Source: Longimicrobiales bacterium
GTDB taxonomy: Bacteria; Gemmatimonadota; Gemmatimonadetes; Longimicrobiales; Gaopeijiaceae
Length of the DNA stretch: 64,000 nt
Direction of reading: 5' to 3'
NCBI GenBank assembly: GCA_965248195.1
Contig: CBDFIQ010000001.1
Coordinates: forward strand, 192,001-256,000
Shown here: piece after piece, positions 1-10,259 of the stretch
Position numbering within the stretch: position 1 is the first letter of the stretch
Layout: every line of letters begins with the position of its first letter
Notes under the pieces: generated by a model
Database searches by the model: none
Seen by the model: the letters and a program-made list of their open reading frames with translations, nothing else
What the model was told of the DNA's origin: nothing
Program-made: the position numbers and the translations under genes

Positions 1-156
1 CACGCGAAAGACGGTCGCCTTCTCGAACCTCACGGGCTTGTCGGCATCAAATTCCGCGGAAAATGCATGATGCGCCGGCGCGGGCGCCGTGGTGAGAGCC
101 AGCAGCGCGACGAGACCGGCACCCACACGGGTTGCACGGATCAGCTTTACTCGCAT
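1..156 (-). CDS. DUF6152-like secreted protein, 5' part (runs off the window)
   Basis: Hand translation MRVKLIRATRVGAGLVALLALTTAPAPA-HHAFSAEFDADKPV; signal peptide followed by HH.F.AEFD; 11 bp downstream of the 168..1145 gene. Confidence 0.75.
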   Translation of the reverse strand, partial: MRVKLIRATRVGAGLVALLALTTAPAPAHHAFSAEFDADKPVRFEKATVFRV

Positions 157-167
157 CGGATCGCCTC

Positions 168-1145
168 CTATGGTTGCCTAGGCGGGTTTCCGGACCAGTG
201 ACGTTCGTACAACACTTGCTCATCCTGTGGGATCTTGCGCGTGATGTCGACGATCATAGTCTGGCCCTCCCACCGGTTGACCAACTGTTCCTTGCGAAGA
301 TGGCCATACAGCGTCTCTTCAACCATCTCGGTGCAACGGAACTCCAGCAGTCGAGCATTCTCCTCCAGACGACGGTAGAGCGGCATGGTGATTGTCCACG
401 GCCGGGTGAACACCTTGGGATCCTCGATGGTGGCTTCGTAGCTGATGGCGTCGGGACTGATGAGGGTGTATCGCTCGACGACATGCAAGGCATCGCTGTG
501 GAAATTGCCGGCCCGGTCGAGCCACGTGTTCGCCGTGAACGTCGATACGTCGACGACCAAGGTCTCCCCCTCCCATCGGCCGACCGAGTGTCCCATGAAC
601 GCTTCGCCGGGATACCCCTCGACTTCATCCAAGTGAATGAAACGTTGGGCACCTCCAAACTCGAAGAGCATCATGAGCCGGTTAGTGCTCTGAATGATTT
701 GAAACGGATAGGGGAGATACATGGCCCGAGGCACACCTGGCATAAAACACTTCAGCTCCGGGTCGCGGTCCAGCCAGTGCTCGGCGTTTTCTCTCTGTCT
801 CGCTGCAGCCCATGGCTGGTAAGGAATCTCATCACCCTCCACCACCCCGAGCCCCGGAGGGACCCAGCCCGCCGAACCCAGAGCCACCACGGGTGCTGCG
901 AGCACCGGGTAATCACTGTACACTCCCGGTTGCGCCACCATTGGACGCGCTAGATGAGTTTGCAGGTCCCAGTTCGCCGTGTTGTTCGCCTGCCAAATGC
1001 CACTGAAGTCGGGCTTCCCGTCCGCCGTACGTGGAATCTGAGAGGCCGGAGCCTGCCCTGAAGTCGGCCCACAGGCCACCCAGATCAGGGGCATGAGGGC
1101 GATCGTCGCAATCGCTATCAGCGAGTTTCTCAACAGGTGCTGCAT
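168..1145 (-). CDS. Conserved secreted/lipoprotein hypothetical ('PRTADGKPDFSGIW' family)
   Basis: Signal with VAC lipobox; PRTADGKPD, GHSVGRWEGETLVV and EFRCTE motifs; paralogue at 57038..58144. Confidence 0.75.
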   Translation of the reverse strand: MQHLLRNSLIAIATIALMPLIWVACGPTSGQAPASQIPRTADGKPDFSGIWQANNTANWDLQTHLARPMVAQPGVYSDYPVLAAPVVALGSAGWVPPGLGVVEGDEIPYQPWAAARQRENAEHWLDRDPELKCFMPGVPRAMYLPYPFQIIQSTNRLMMLFEFGGAQRFIHLDEVEGYPGEAFMGHSVGRWEGETLVVDVSTFTANTWLDRAGNFHSDALHVVERYTLISPDAISYEATIEDPKVFTRPWTITMPLYRRLEENARLLEFRCTEMVEETLYGHLRKEQLVNRWEGQTMIVDITRKIPQDEQVLYERHWSGNPPRQP

Positions 1146-1461
1146 GCGATAGAGCCCCCTCTCAAACCGTCAAATACCCGGCCCGCAGGCGCCTGAAACA
1201 GTCGACTACACCCAGTTCCTCTCGTCGCACTGTATAGCTCCGACCACCTCGAAGTCAACAATGGGACACGGTGGCGGGGTCGAAATCGCGGGCCGCGGAT
1301 CTGGTCCGATGGCTACACGTAGCGGCCACCTCACATTCGCGAGGCGGAGCAGCCGACCTCCGCGTACATTGAGAACCTCCGGAAGGCGACGCGAGCATTG
1401 CGAACGCCGCGAACGACCGCCCGATTTGAGAGTCGTCGGGGCCCCTAAATTCGACGCGACC

Positions 1462-2403
1462 ATGGACACAGATCAGCGCCTGGACGCCCTGGTAGCGCCC
1501 CTCCGCGCAGATGTCGTGTCTGGCGCATCGGTGGTCGGAAGGATGGCCGCGGAAGTGCTTTGCCGAGCTGCGATGCATGCACAGGCGGGCTCGCTCGAGG
1601 AGTACCGTTCGGAGTTGGGCGAGGTATCCGGGAAGATGCTCGACGCCCAACCTGCGATGGCACCGCTGGTCACGCTCGTGCGAGACGTGCTCGCCTCCGT
1701 GGAGGCCTCCGCAGATCTCGAGACCGGTCGCCAGGCCGCAGTCCGAGCCGCCGAAGCGTTCGGGAGCGGTCTCGAGCTGCGGGCTGAGTCCGTCGCCACA
1801 CGCGCCGCCGCGTTGATTCCATCGGGAGGTACCGTGGCCACGATCTCGTCTTCTTCGACGGTGCGAGCGACGCTGACCCATGAGCGGGCGCGGGCCGTCG
1901 GGCGGGTGATATGCTTCGAGAGCCGACCGATGCGGGAGGGAGAGATCTTCGCCACCGCCCTGGCGAAGGCGGGGGTGGCGGTGACGTTTGCTGTCGACGC
2001 CGCCGCCTCGACGCTCATGGGCGAGTGCGACACCGTGCTGCTGGGTGCGGACTCGATCGGTGACTTGGGAGTCGTGAACAAGATCGGCTCCGCCGGATTG
2101 GTCGACGCTGCGATGAGACGTGAGGTGCCGGTCATGGTGGTATCCGATGAAACGAAGATCCTGCCGACCGGATTCCCTCAGCACCTCGCCGACGACCGTC
2201 CCCCTGAGGAAGTCTGGAGGGCACCAGCCGGTGTGCGCGTGTGGAATCGGTACTTCGAACCGTTCGAGCTCGAACGGGTGACGGTGGTGGTGACCGAGTC
2301 AGCCGCACTCACCCCACTGGAAGTCGAAGAACTGCGCAAAGGCCTCGTGCTGCCAGCCGGCCTCCTGATGTGGGCCGACGCCCGTGCGCGTCGGACACCA
2401 TGA
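1462..2403 (+). CDS. eIF-2B alpha/beta/delta / ribose-1,5-bisphosphate isomerase family protein
   Basis: SGAS, QPAMA, ESRP, LLGADSI, VVNKIGS and NRYFE motifs; start placed at ATG 1462. Confidence 0.8.
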   Translation: MDTDQRLDALVAPLRADVVSGASVVGRMAAEVLCRAAMHAQAGSLEEYRSELGEVSGKMLDAQPAMAPLVTLVRDVLASVEASADLETGRQAAVRAAEAFGSGLELRAESVATRAAALIPSGGTVATISSSSTVRATLTHERARAVGRVICFESRPMREGEIFATALAKAGVAVTFAVDAAASTLMGECDTVLLGADSIGDLGVVNKIGSAGLVDAAMRREVPVMVVSDETKILPTGFPQHLADDRPPEEVWRAPAGVRVWNRYFEPFELERVTVVVTESAALTPLEVEELRKGLVLPAGLLMWADARARRTP

Positions 2404-2882
2404 CCTCGGCCCCCTTCGACGAACATCGCGACGTCGTGCGTCCCGAGTGGATCGACGACAACGGCCATCTAAACATGGGCTACTACGTGGTGGCCTTCGA
2501 CCGGGCCACCGACACTTGGCTCGACTACATCGGCCTGTCCGCCAGCGAAAAGGCGCGGTCGGGTGCCACCACCTTCACACTCGAATCACACGTGAACTAC
2601 CTGCGGGAGGTGCGAGAGGCGGCCCCGCTGCGATTCACGACGAGGCTGCTAGCGTTCGACCAGAAGCGGATCCACTACTTCCACGAGATGCACCACGCGA
2701 CGGACGGGTTCCTGGCCGCCACCAACGAGCTCATGTCTCTTCACGTGAACCTGGCTACGCGACGCGCGGCGCCCATGACGGCAGACGTGCTCGCTCGGCT
2801 AGCAGACGTCTTGAGCCTGCACGGGACACTACCGGTTCCTCCACAGGTCGGGCGCCGAATCGGACTCGACTCCGGGTCTTGA
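2400..2882 (+). CDS. Acyl-CoA thioesterase (4HBT-like hot-dog fold)
   Basis: [17 protein letters not shown] motif; ATGA overlap with the upstream stop. Confidence 0.85.
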   Translation: MTSAPFDEHRDVVRPEWIDDNGHLNMGYYVVAFDRATDTWLDYIGLSASEKARSGATTFTLESHVNYLREVREAAPLRFTTRLLAFDQKRIHYFHEMHHATDGFLAATNELMSLHVNLATRRAAPMTADVLARLADVLSLHGTLPVPPQVGRRIGLDSGS

Positions 2883-3030
2883 GGTCTCATCGCCTGAGTG
2901 CCCATTCGTACTGACGCCCCAACAAACTGCATTTGCCACCCAGCGGCTACGTCTCCAGTATTCCGGAACGGTGACCGCCGGGAGGTGGCCGCTCAAGAAT
3001 CCTGATCACAGTCTTGCTGAGGGACTCGGG

Positions 3031-5244
3031 ATGGAAATCACCCACCGGAGGGCCGGAGTGACTCGTGACGTAAGAAGCGCGTTGGCCTGCATCCTCGCCG
3101 CCATGGCGCTTCCCGTGGCTGGCTCGGCCCAACAGGCCTCGTTTACCGCGGCGCAGGCCGAGGCGGGAGCCGCCGTCTACCAGACCGCGTGCGCGGTGTG
3201 TCACTTGGCGAACCTGCAGGGGTCTGGGGAGGCGCCACAGCTTGCGGGGACCGACTTTCGCACTTTTCGAGGAAACCGGCCCGCCGTGGCGCTGATGACC
3301 TACGTTCGTGCTACCATGCCCCCCGGTCAGGAGGGGTCGCTCACCGAGGAAGAGTACGCTGCGGTCACGGCGTATATCATGCGTGAGAATGGTGTCGCTC
3401 AGGGCTCGGCTCCGCTCAGCCTCGCCTCCCGGGGATCTCTCGTCCTCGGTGGGGGGGCCGTGGCCGCGCTTGGGCCGGGCGGAATCATCCCGCCTGTTCC
3501 GGGACGACCGGGAACCGGACCCTCACCGGGGGGAGTGAACTCGCTGCCGGACTTCGGTTCCCTCTCGGAGACCCGAACGGGAGCCACCCGAACGTATGAG
3601 CGGATCGAGGACTTCGTACCGGTTTCGGACGCGGAGCTCCGCGACCCGGAGCCCGGTGATTGGCTCAACGCGCGGGGAAACCTCGAGTCGTGGGGATACA
3701 GCCCGCTCAATCAGATCAACACCGAGAACGTAGATCGGCTCGAGCTCGCGTGGGTCTGGGGGATGGAGGACGGGACCCGTAGCCAGCCAGCGCCCCTCGT
3801 ACACGACGGAGTGATGTTCCTGCCGAACTGGGGCAACACGATCCAAGCGCTGGACGCTACGACAGGCACCCTCCTGTGGGAGTACCGCAGGTCCTTCCCA
3901 GAGGGGATGTCGGGCGGTCGTGGCCGGGCGCGAACGATCGCGATCTCGGAGGACATGATCCTCGTGTCGACGAACGACGCGTACATGCTGGCCCTGGATG
4001 CGGCGACGGGTGAGGTCCGATGGGAGACCCGCGTGACGGCCGAGCCCGGGCTCGGCTTCGAGAACTCGAGCGGCCCCGTGATCGCCAATGGCAAGGCGAT
4101 CAACGGGATCAACGGGTGCACTCGCCTGATCAGAGAGAGCTGCTTCATCACGGCGCACGACCTCCGGACGGGACGTGAGCTCTGGCGAACCTACACGATC
4201 GCACGCCCTGGGGAGCCCGGCGGTGACACGTGGGGCGATCTTCCCCTAGAGCTCCGCGGCGGTGGGGACGTCTGGAATACCGGGAGCTACGATCCCGACC
4301 TCGGTTTGGTCTATTTCGGCGTCGCCCAGGCCAAGCCGTGGGCCTCAGCAAGCCGGGGGCTGACCATGGCGGACTCGGCGCTCTACACGAGCTCGACGCT
4401 GGCGCTGGACGAGAATACGGGAGAGATCGTTTGGTATCGCCAGCATGTACCCGCGGAGTCGCTCGACCTGGACGAGGGAATGGAGCAGGTTCTGCTCGAT
4501 GTCGAGGGCGTTCCAGCGCTTCTGACCATCGGAAAACACGGGGTGCTCTGGAAGCTGGACCGGCGCGACGGGAGCTTCCTCGGCGTCAAGGAGACCGTCT
4601 TTCAGAACATCCTGGACATCGACCCCGAGACCGGCACGGTCCAGTACCGGGCGGACATCCGGGACGCCCAGGTGGGGCAGTGGGTCTCCGTCTGTCCCTC
4701 GACAGCCGGCGGGAAGAATTGGCACGCTACCGGCTATCATCCGGGTACGGGCCTGATCGTTGTCCCGTTGAGCCAGAGCTGCATGGACTACTCCGCGCGC
4801 GCGGTCGAATTGGTAGAAGGCGGCGGGAGCAGCGGAGGGACTCGAGTCTGGTGGGAGATGCCCGAAACCGACGGCAACCTGGGCAAGCTCGGCGCCTACG
4901 ATGTCAGGACGATGGAGGAAGTATGGAGCGTGCAGCAGCGGGCGCCCTTCCTCACCTCCGCCCTGACCACGGGTGGAGGGCTCGTCTTCATGGGCGATTA
5001 CGACCGGTGGATTCGGGCGTTCGACGTAGCCACCGGTGAGCAGCTCTGGGAAACGCGGCTGGCCACCGCGGTCCAGGGTTATCCGATGACGTACGAGGTC
5101 GATGGTGTGCAGTACGTCGCGGTGCCCACCGGCGTCATCGGTGGCAGCCCCTGGAACGTCTCCCGGTTCCTCGCGCCCGAGATCCGCATTCCTCCCGGAA
5201 ACAGGCACAACGCGATGTATGTATTCCGGCTGAACGAACGGTAG
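3031..5244 (+). CDS. PQQ-dependent dehydrogenase with N-terminal cytochrome c domain
   Basis: CAVCH haem motif; PQQ propeller repeats ([22 protein letters not shown]), GGKNW and [11 protein letters not shown]; start uncertain (2971/3031/3058). Confidence 0.85.
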   Translation: MEITHRRAGVTRDVRSALACILAAMALPVAGSAQQASFTAAQAEAGAAVYQTACAVCHLANLQGSGEAPQLAGTDFRTFRGNRPAVALMTYVRATMPPGQEGSLTEEEYAAVTAYIMRENGVAQGSAPLSLASRGSLVLGGGAVAALGPGGIIPPVPGRPGTGPSPGGVNSLPDFGSLSETRTGATRTYERIEDFVPVSDAELRDPEPGDWLNARGNLESWGYSPLNQINTENVDRLELAWVWGMEDGTRSQPAPLVHDGVMFLPNWGNTIQALDATTGTLLWEYRRSFPEGMSGGRGRARTIAISEDMILVSTNDAYMLALDAATGEVRWETRVTAEPGLGFENSSGPVIANGKAINGINGCTRLIRESCFITAHDLRTGRELWRTYTIARPGEPGGDTWGDLPLELRGGGDVWNTGSYDPDLGLVYFGVAQAKPWASASRGLTMADSALYTSSTLALDENTGEIVWYRQHVPAESLDLDEGMEQVLLDVEGVPALLTIGKHGVLWKLDRRDGSFLGVKETVFQNILDIDPETGTVQYRADIRDAQVGQWVSVCPSTAGGKNWHATGYHPGTGLIVVPLSQSCMDYSARAVELVEGGGSSGGTRVWWEMPETDGNLGKLGAYDVRTMEEVWSVQQRAPFLTSALTTGGGLVFMGDYDRWIRAFDVATGEQLWETRLATAVQGYPMTYEVDGVQYVAVPTGVIGGSPWNVSRFLAPEIRIPPGNRHNAMYVFRLNER

Positions 5245-5307
5245 GCGTCCCCTCAGACAGCCTTTCCCGCTCCTATTGGGTGCCAAGGTCGAAGGCCACC
5301 ACATCTG

Positions 5308-6783
5308 ATGGACAGACAGCCTCCAAATCCGAGCGCCGCTTCCAACCGTAACGTCTGGTTCATGGCGGCCGCGGTTGGCGTAATGTTGGCCCTCCACGCG
5401 CTTCCCACTCCGCCACCGCTCGAACGAAGCGGCGAGATCGTGGAGCTCACCACCGGCGGCAAAGCCACCATCGCCATCCTCGCTTTTGCCGTCGTGCTCT
5501 GGATCACAGAGGCCATTCCCTTCGCAGCCACCGCCTTGTTCGTGCTGTTGCTCCTTCCCGTCTTTGGAGTGAACAGCTATGCCGAAGCCGTCCAGCTCGG
5601 CTTCGGCCATCCCATCGTCACGTTTTTTATCGGTGTTCTCATTCTCTCGGCTGCATTCAGCCGCTCCGGGCTCGGCACGCGCATGGCACTTCTGATCCTG
5701 CACAAAGTGGGGACGCGCACCGACCGGGTGCTTCTGGGGTTCCTGGTCGCCGGTGCGTCGCTTTCGATGTGGATAACGGACATGGCCGTGGCCGCGATCC
5801 TTTTGCCCCTCGGCGTGAGCTTGCTCGAAGACGCCGGACTCGAGCGGCTCAAGAGCAATTTCGGTAGGGCGCTGATGATCGCGTGCGCCTTCGGCCCACT
5901 CATTGGCGGCATCGCAACCCCGGCCGGGGCGGGCGCCAATCCCATCGCTCTGAGCTATCTGAAGGATCTGGCCGGCATCGAGATCTCTTTCATCGAATGG
6001 ATGGCTTACGGGGTGCCCGCCGCAGCCCTCATGTTGCCCGGCGCCTGGCTCCTGCTTCTTTGGATCTTTCCTCCGGAGATCGAACGACTGCCGATCGAGC
6101 GCGAGGAGATCTCGGAGAAGCTGGCCGGGCTCGGTCCACTTCAGAGCGCGGAGATCAAGACCCTCGTCGTCTTCGCCATGACCATCTCGCTCTGGCTCGT
6201 GACACCTGCGCTGAACCGCTTCAGTGGAGGTGCTGTCAACCCGCCGCTCCAGGCGGTGGCGCTGTTCGGAGGCATCTGCCTGTTCCTTCCGAAGATGAAC
6301 GTGTTGAGCTGGAAGCAAGCGCAGCACGACGTGGATTGGGGCGGCATCGTGCTCATCGCAGCCGGCATCTCGCTGGGCATGACCGTCTTCGAAACGGGCG
6401 CGGCGCAGTGGCTGGCACTCGTGCTCATGGGCGAAATGGGCGTGGTGCCGGCGCTCCTGCGTCCCTTTTTGATCGTGCTCGCGGTCGCGACGCTTCACAT
6501 GTTGTTTTCCAGCAATACGGTGACGGGCACGATCATCCTGCCGATACTCATTGCGCTGGCGGCGAGTCTCGAGCTGGCCCCCTGGACGCTTGCCGGCCCA
6601 GCCGCCTTTACCTCGTCTTTGGCTTTCATCCTGGTCACGGAGACCCCGACGAACGTGATCCCCTACGCATCAGGCTATTTCTCGATCAAGGACATGGCCA
6701 AAGTCGGTATCCCCATGACGTTCATCGCGGCACTCTGCGTCGGTGTGTCCATGCTCACGGTAGGAGCCATCCTCGGCTCCTGA
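5308..6783 (+). CDS. DASS/SLC13 family anion transporter
   Basis: Many TM helices; WITEAIP, SMWITD, GGIATPAG...NPI and TPTN motifs. Confidence 0.85.
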   Translation: MDRQPPNPSAASNRNVWFMAAAVGVMLALHALPTPPPLERSGEIVELTTGGKATIAILAFAVVLWITEAIPFAATALFVLLLLPVFGVNSYAEAVQLGFGHPIVTFFIGVLILSAAFSRSGLGTRMALLILHKVGTRTDRVLLGFLVAGASLSMWITDMAVAAILLPLGVSLLEDAGLERLKSNFGRALMIACAFGPLIGGIATPAGAGANPIALSYLKDLAGIEISFIEWMAYGVPAAALMLPGAWLLLLWIFPPEIERLPIEREEISEKLAGLGPLQSAEIKTLVVFAMTISLWLVTPALNRFSGGAVNPPLQAVALFGGICLFLPKMNVLSWKQAQHDVDWGGIVLIAAGISLGMTVFETGAAQWLALVLMGEMGVVPALLRPFLIVLAVATLHMLFSSNTVTGTIILPILIALAASLELAPWTLAGPAAFTSSLAFILVTETPTNVIPYASGYFSIKDMAKVGIPMTFIAALCVGVSMLTVGAILGS

Positions 6784-6807
6784 ATCGAGCGCAAGAAAGG
6801 AACTTCT

Positions 6808-8232
6808 ATGGAAACGTTATCGATTAGCGAGCACGTCAAGCGCGCGCGTGTCGCCCAGAAAAAGCTCGCCACCTTCGATCAAGCCCGGATCGATGACATC
6901 GTCTGCGCCGTGGCGCGGGTTGGTTATGTGAACGCCGAGCCCCTCGCGAAGTTGGCGTTCGAGGAAACCGGGCTGGGGCGATATGAAGACAAGGTCCAGA
7001 AAAACCGGCGCAAGACGTTGGGCACGCTTCGGGACCTCACAGGTGCCCAATCGATGGGTATCATCCACCGGGACGATGACAAGGGCATCACCGAGATCGC
7101 CAAACCCGTGGGCGTCGTGGGAGCACTCACTCCCGTCACGAACCCGTCGGCAACGCCCATCAACAACATGATGATCACCCTGAAGGGGGCTAATGCCGTT
7201 CTCATCGCACCCCATCCGAAGGCGGACCGGACGTGCGCGGAGCTCATCCGCCTGGTGCATCTCGAGTTGGAACGGCTCGGCGCTCCCAAAGATGCCGTGC
7301 AGCACGTGAGCCTGCGGGCGGAAGACAAAGAAGCGAGCAAAGCTCGTTCGCAGGAGCTCATGCGCGAAGTCGACATCGTCCTCGTCACCGCCGGCCCCGC
7401 GAATGTGGCAGCGGGATACCGGAGCGGAACACCGGCCCTCGGCGTGGGCCGGGGCAACGTACCGGTGATCATCGACGAAACGGCTGACGTTGACGCGGCA
7501 TGCGACCGCATCGTGGCAAGCGCCACCTTCGACAACGCTACGAGCTGTTCCTCGGAGAACGCGCTCCTCCTCGAGGACAGCATTTACAACGAGACCGTAG
7601 CAGCGCTCACGGAGCGCGGTGGCTATCTCGCTACCGAAACCGAGAAGTCGTCGCTTCGAACGGCCCTCTGGACACGAGGGCGTGTCAACCGCGACACGGT
7701 CGCCCAACCTGCGGCGAAGCTCCTAAAGCTTGCGGGGATTCACCTCGAAGCGCCCGAAGGGGCCCGCTTCATCATGGTCGAAGAGGATGGCGTGGGCGAA
7801 GAGTTCCCCTTCTCGGGGGAAAAGATCGCTCCCGTCGTCGCTCTCTACAAATGGCACGGGTTCGATCAAGCCTTGGATCTCGTAGAGCGTATCCTGGACT
7901 ACCAGGGGAAAGGTCACTCCTGTGGCATCCACTCCACCGACGACGGGCACATCGACGAGCTCGCCGCCCGAGCCGATGTCTGTCGGGTCCTCGTGAATCA
8001 AGCCCATTGCATCGGAAACGGTGGGGACTTCGAAAACGGCCTGGACTTCACCCTCTCCCTGGCCGCGGGGACCTGGGGCGGCAATAGCGTCTCCGACAAC
8101 ATTACTTATAGGCATTTCTTGAACGTGACCCGTGTGGCACGACCGATTCCGAAACGAGTGCCGACCGAACAAGATCTGTGGGGCGACTATCTCCGTCGCT
8201 ATCCGGATGATCCTCCGTCGCTATCCGCATGA
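6808..8232 (+). CDS. sauS: CoA-acylating aldehyde dehydrogenase, SauS-like (sulfoacetaldehyde dehydrogenase)
   Basis: KNRRKTLG.LRDL, TPVTNP, FDNATSCSSEN (catalytic Cys), FSGEK, VNQAHC.G.GG.F.NGL; resemble SauS as recalled, not searched. Confidence 0.72.
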   Translation: METLSISEHVKRARVAQKKLATFDQARIDDIVCAVARVGYVNAEPLAKLAFEETGLGRYEDKVQKNRRKTLGTLRDLTGAQSMGIIHRDDDKGITEIAKPVGVVGALTPVTNPSATPINNMMITLKGANAVLIAPHPKADRTCAELIRLVHLELERLGAPKDAVQHVSLRAEDKEASKARSQELMREVDIVLVTAGPANVAAGYRSGTPALGVGRGNVPVIIDETADVDAACDRIVASATFDNATSCSSENALLLEDSIYNETVAALTERGGYLATETEKSSLRTALWTRGRVNRDTVAQPAAKLLKLAGIHLEAPEGARFIMVEEDGVGEEFPFSGEKIAPVVALYKWHGFDQALDLVERILDYQGKGHSCGIHSTDDGHIDELAARADVCRVLVNQAHCIGNGGDFENGLDFTLSLAAGTWGGNSVSDNITYRHFLNVTRVARPIPKRVPTEQDLWGDYLRRYPDDPPSLSA

Positions 8233-8259
8233 TCCGGCGGTCCAATCGTCACTGAGTCC

Positions 8260-9390
8260 ATGAATCTCGACGAACACGCGGCCAAGACGCTTCTGCAAGA
8301 CGAAGGCGTTGCCATCCCTAGAGGCGGCATCGCACGAAGTGTGGAGGAGACAGGCAGGCTGGCGGAGGAGCTCGGCGGCGAGGTCGTGCTCAAGGCGCTC
8401 GTTCCCATGGGAAAGCGCGGTAAATCCGGCCTCGTGCGCTTGGCGGCCGACGCGCCTCAAGCACGCGAGCAAGCCTCCTTGCTCTTCGGTGCAGACGCCG
8501 CGGGCCACCCCGTCGAAGCACTGCGCGTGGAAGAGCGCGTTTCCATCGCTTCAGAGTTGTACCTTGCCGTCGTCAACGATGCACGCGCTCGCGCGCCCCG
8601 ACTCCTTTTTTCCACAGAAGGAGGCATGGAAATCGAAGAGCTCCATGCGGAGCGTCCCGAGCTGGTTTTCGAGCTCGTGATCGACCCGCGACACGGCCTG
8701 GGCTCGGCGGAGCTCGACGCCTTGCTGGCGCCGTCCGGACTCGACACCGCCGTCGCCGGCAAACTCCACGCACTTTTGCAAAAACTCTACGGGCTCTTCA
8801 GCCAATGGGATGCCGAGCTGCTCGAGCTCAATCCTCTTGCGCTCGACACGACGGGCGATCTGGTGGCGCTCGACTGCAAGCTGACCATCGATGACGCGTC
8901 GCTCTATCGGCAACCCAATCTTCCCGAGGCAAGCCGCACCGGCACCGAGCTCGAAAGACGCGCCCAGGAAGCCGGCCTTTTCTATATCGAGCTCGACGGC
9001 GAGGTGGGGGTTCTCGCCAATGGCGCCGGACTGACCATGTCCACTCTGGATACGGTCGCCTTTTACGGCGGCAAGGCGGCCAACTTCATGGAGATCGGCG
9101 GGGACGCCTACCACAAAGCGACCGAAGCGCTTGCTATCGTTCTTGGCAACCCGCGGGTCAAGAGCTTGCTCGTGAATCTGTGCGGCGCCTACGCTCGCAC
9201 GGACGTGATGATGGAGGGTCTTCTCGAGGGATGGAAGAAGCTGAAGCCCAACATACCAGTTTCATTCTCCATACACGGCACGGGTGAGGAGCGCGCCATC
9301 GAGCTCCTTCGCGACGGGCTTGGCATCGAGCCGCACGACGCCATGGACGACGCCGTACGACAAGCCATCCACATGGCGGCGACGCGATGA
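8260..9390 (+). CDS. ADP-forming acyl-CoA ligase beta subunit (SucC-like; SauC/SqwK-type candidate)
   Basis: MNLDEH.AK, GKRGKSG, EGGMEIE, ELNPL, NGAGL and ANFMEIGG motifs. Confidence 0.85.
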   Translation: MNLDEHAAKTLLQDEGVAIPRGGIARSVEETGRLAEELGGEVVLKALVPMGKRGKSGLVRLAADAPQAREQASLLFGADAAGHPVEALRVEERVSIASELYLAVVNDARARAPRLLFSTEGGMEIEELHAERPELVFELVIDPRHGLGSAELDALLAPSGLDTAVAGKLHALLQKLYGLFSQWDAELLELNPLALDTTGDLVALDCKLTIDDASLYRQPNLPEASRTGTELERRAQEAGLFYIELDGEVGVLANGAGLTMSTLDTVAFYGGKAANFMEIGGDAYHKATEALAIVLGNPRVKSLLVNLCGAYARTDVMMEGLLEGWKKLKPNIPVSFSIHGTGEERAIELLRDGLGIEPHDAMDDAVRQAIHMAATR

Positions 9391-10259
9391 GCTTTTCCGA
9401 GCACCCTCGCGTGCTGGTTCAGGGGATCACCGGTCACGAAGCGAGCTTCTGGACCGAGCGTATGATCGCCTGCGGCACCGAAGTCGTCGCCGGTGTCACA
9501 CCCGGCAAAGGGGGGCGCACCGTTCACGGTGTGCCCGTGTACGGCTCCATCGCGGAGATTCCGCCCGAGCGCGCTCCGGACACGAGTGTGTTGTTCGTGC
9601 CGCCTCGCGCCGTAAAAGCGGCGGCTCTCGAAGCCGTCAAGTATGGCATCCAGCGCATCGCGATTTTGACCGAGCACGTTCCCATCCACGACGTCATGCA
9701 GATTCACGCCGAAGCCCACGAGCAGGGCGTCACTGTTCTCGGCCCCAACTCCCCTGGGCTCGTATTTCCCGAGCGCTCCTTCCTCGGCATCCTCCCTGCC
9801 TGGGAGCCGCGGATCTTCAAACGCGGCTCGGTCGGCGTCGTTTCGCGAAGCGGAAGCCTAGGAACGCTGGCCTGCGTGAATCTCGTGCGGGCTGGACTGG
9901 GGCAATCCGCGTTTTTTGGCATAGGAGGTGATCCGATGGTAGGTATGCGCTTCATCGATGCGCTTCGCTGGTTCGAGAGGGACGAGGGCACCCGCGCCGT
10001 CGCTCTTATCGGCGAGATCGGCGGCAGCATGGAAGAGGACGCCGCCCCGTTCATCGCAGAGATGACCAAGCCGGTCGTGGCGTTCATTGCGGGGAGGAGC
10101 GCGCCACCCGGTAGGCGGATGGGCCACGCTGGAGCCATCATCGCAGGCGCTAGGGGAACCGCAGCGTCCAAACGCTCGGCACTCGAAGCATCGGGAGCCC
10201 GGCTCGCGGACGTGCCATCTCAGCTGAGCGAGATAGCTCGAACGTTAGTGGCAACTTGA
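9387..10259 (+). CDS. ADP-forming acyl-CoA ligase alpha subunit (SucD-like; SauD/SqwL-type candidate)
   Basis: VQGITG, GVTPGKGG, GPNSPG, SRSG, GEIGG and MGHAGA phospho-His motif; ATGA overlap with the beta subunit. Confidence 0.88.
   Translation: MSFSEHPRVLVQGITGHEASFWTERMIACGTEVVAGVTPGKGGRTVHGVPVYGSIAEIPPERAPDTSVLFVPPRAVKAAALEAVKYGIQRIAILTEHVPIHDVMQIHAEAHEQGVTVLGPNSPGLVFPERSFLGILPAWEPRIFKRGSVGVVSRSGSLGTLACVNLVRAGLGQSAFFGIGGDPMVGMRFIDALRWFERDEGTRAVALIGEIGGSMEEDAAPFIAEMTKPVVAFIAGRSAPPGRRMGHAGAIIAGARGTAASKRSALEASGARLADVPSQLSEIARTLVAT

Noticed and set aside
4345..6498. Long antisense ORFs (also 132..953, 49905..51332, 60324..61382)
   Set aside because: Shadows of well-supported genes on the opposite strand, with no motifs of their own.
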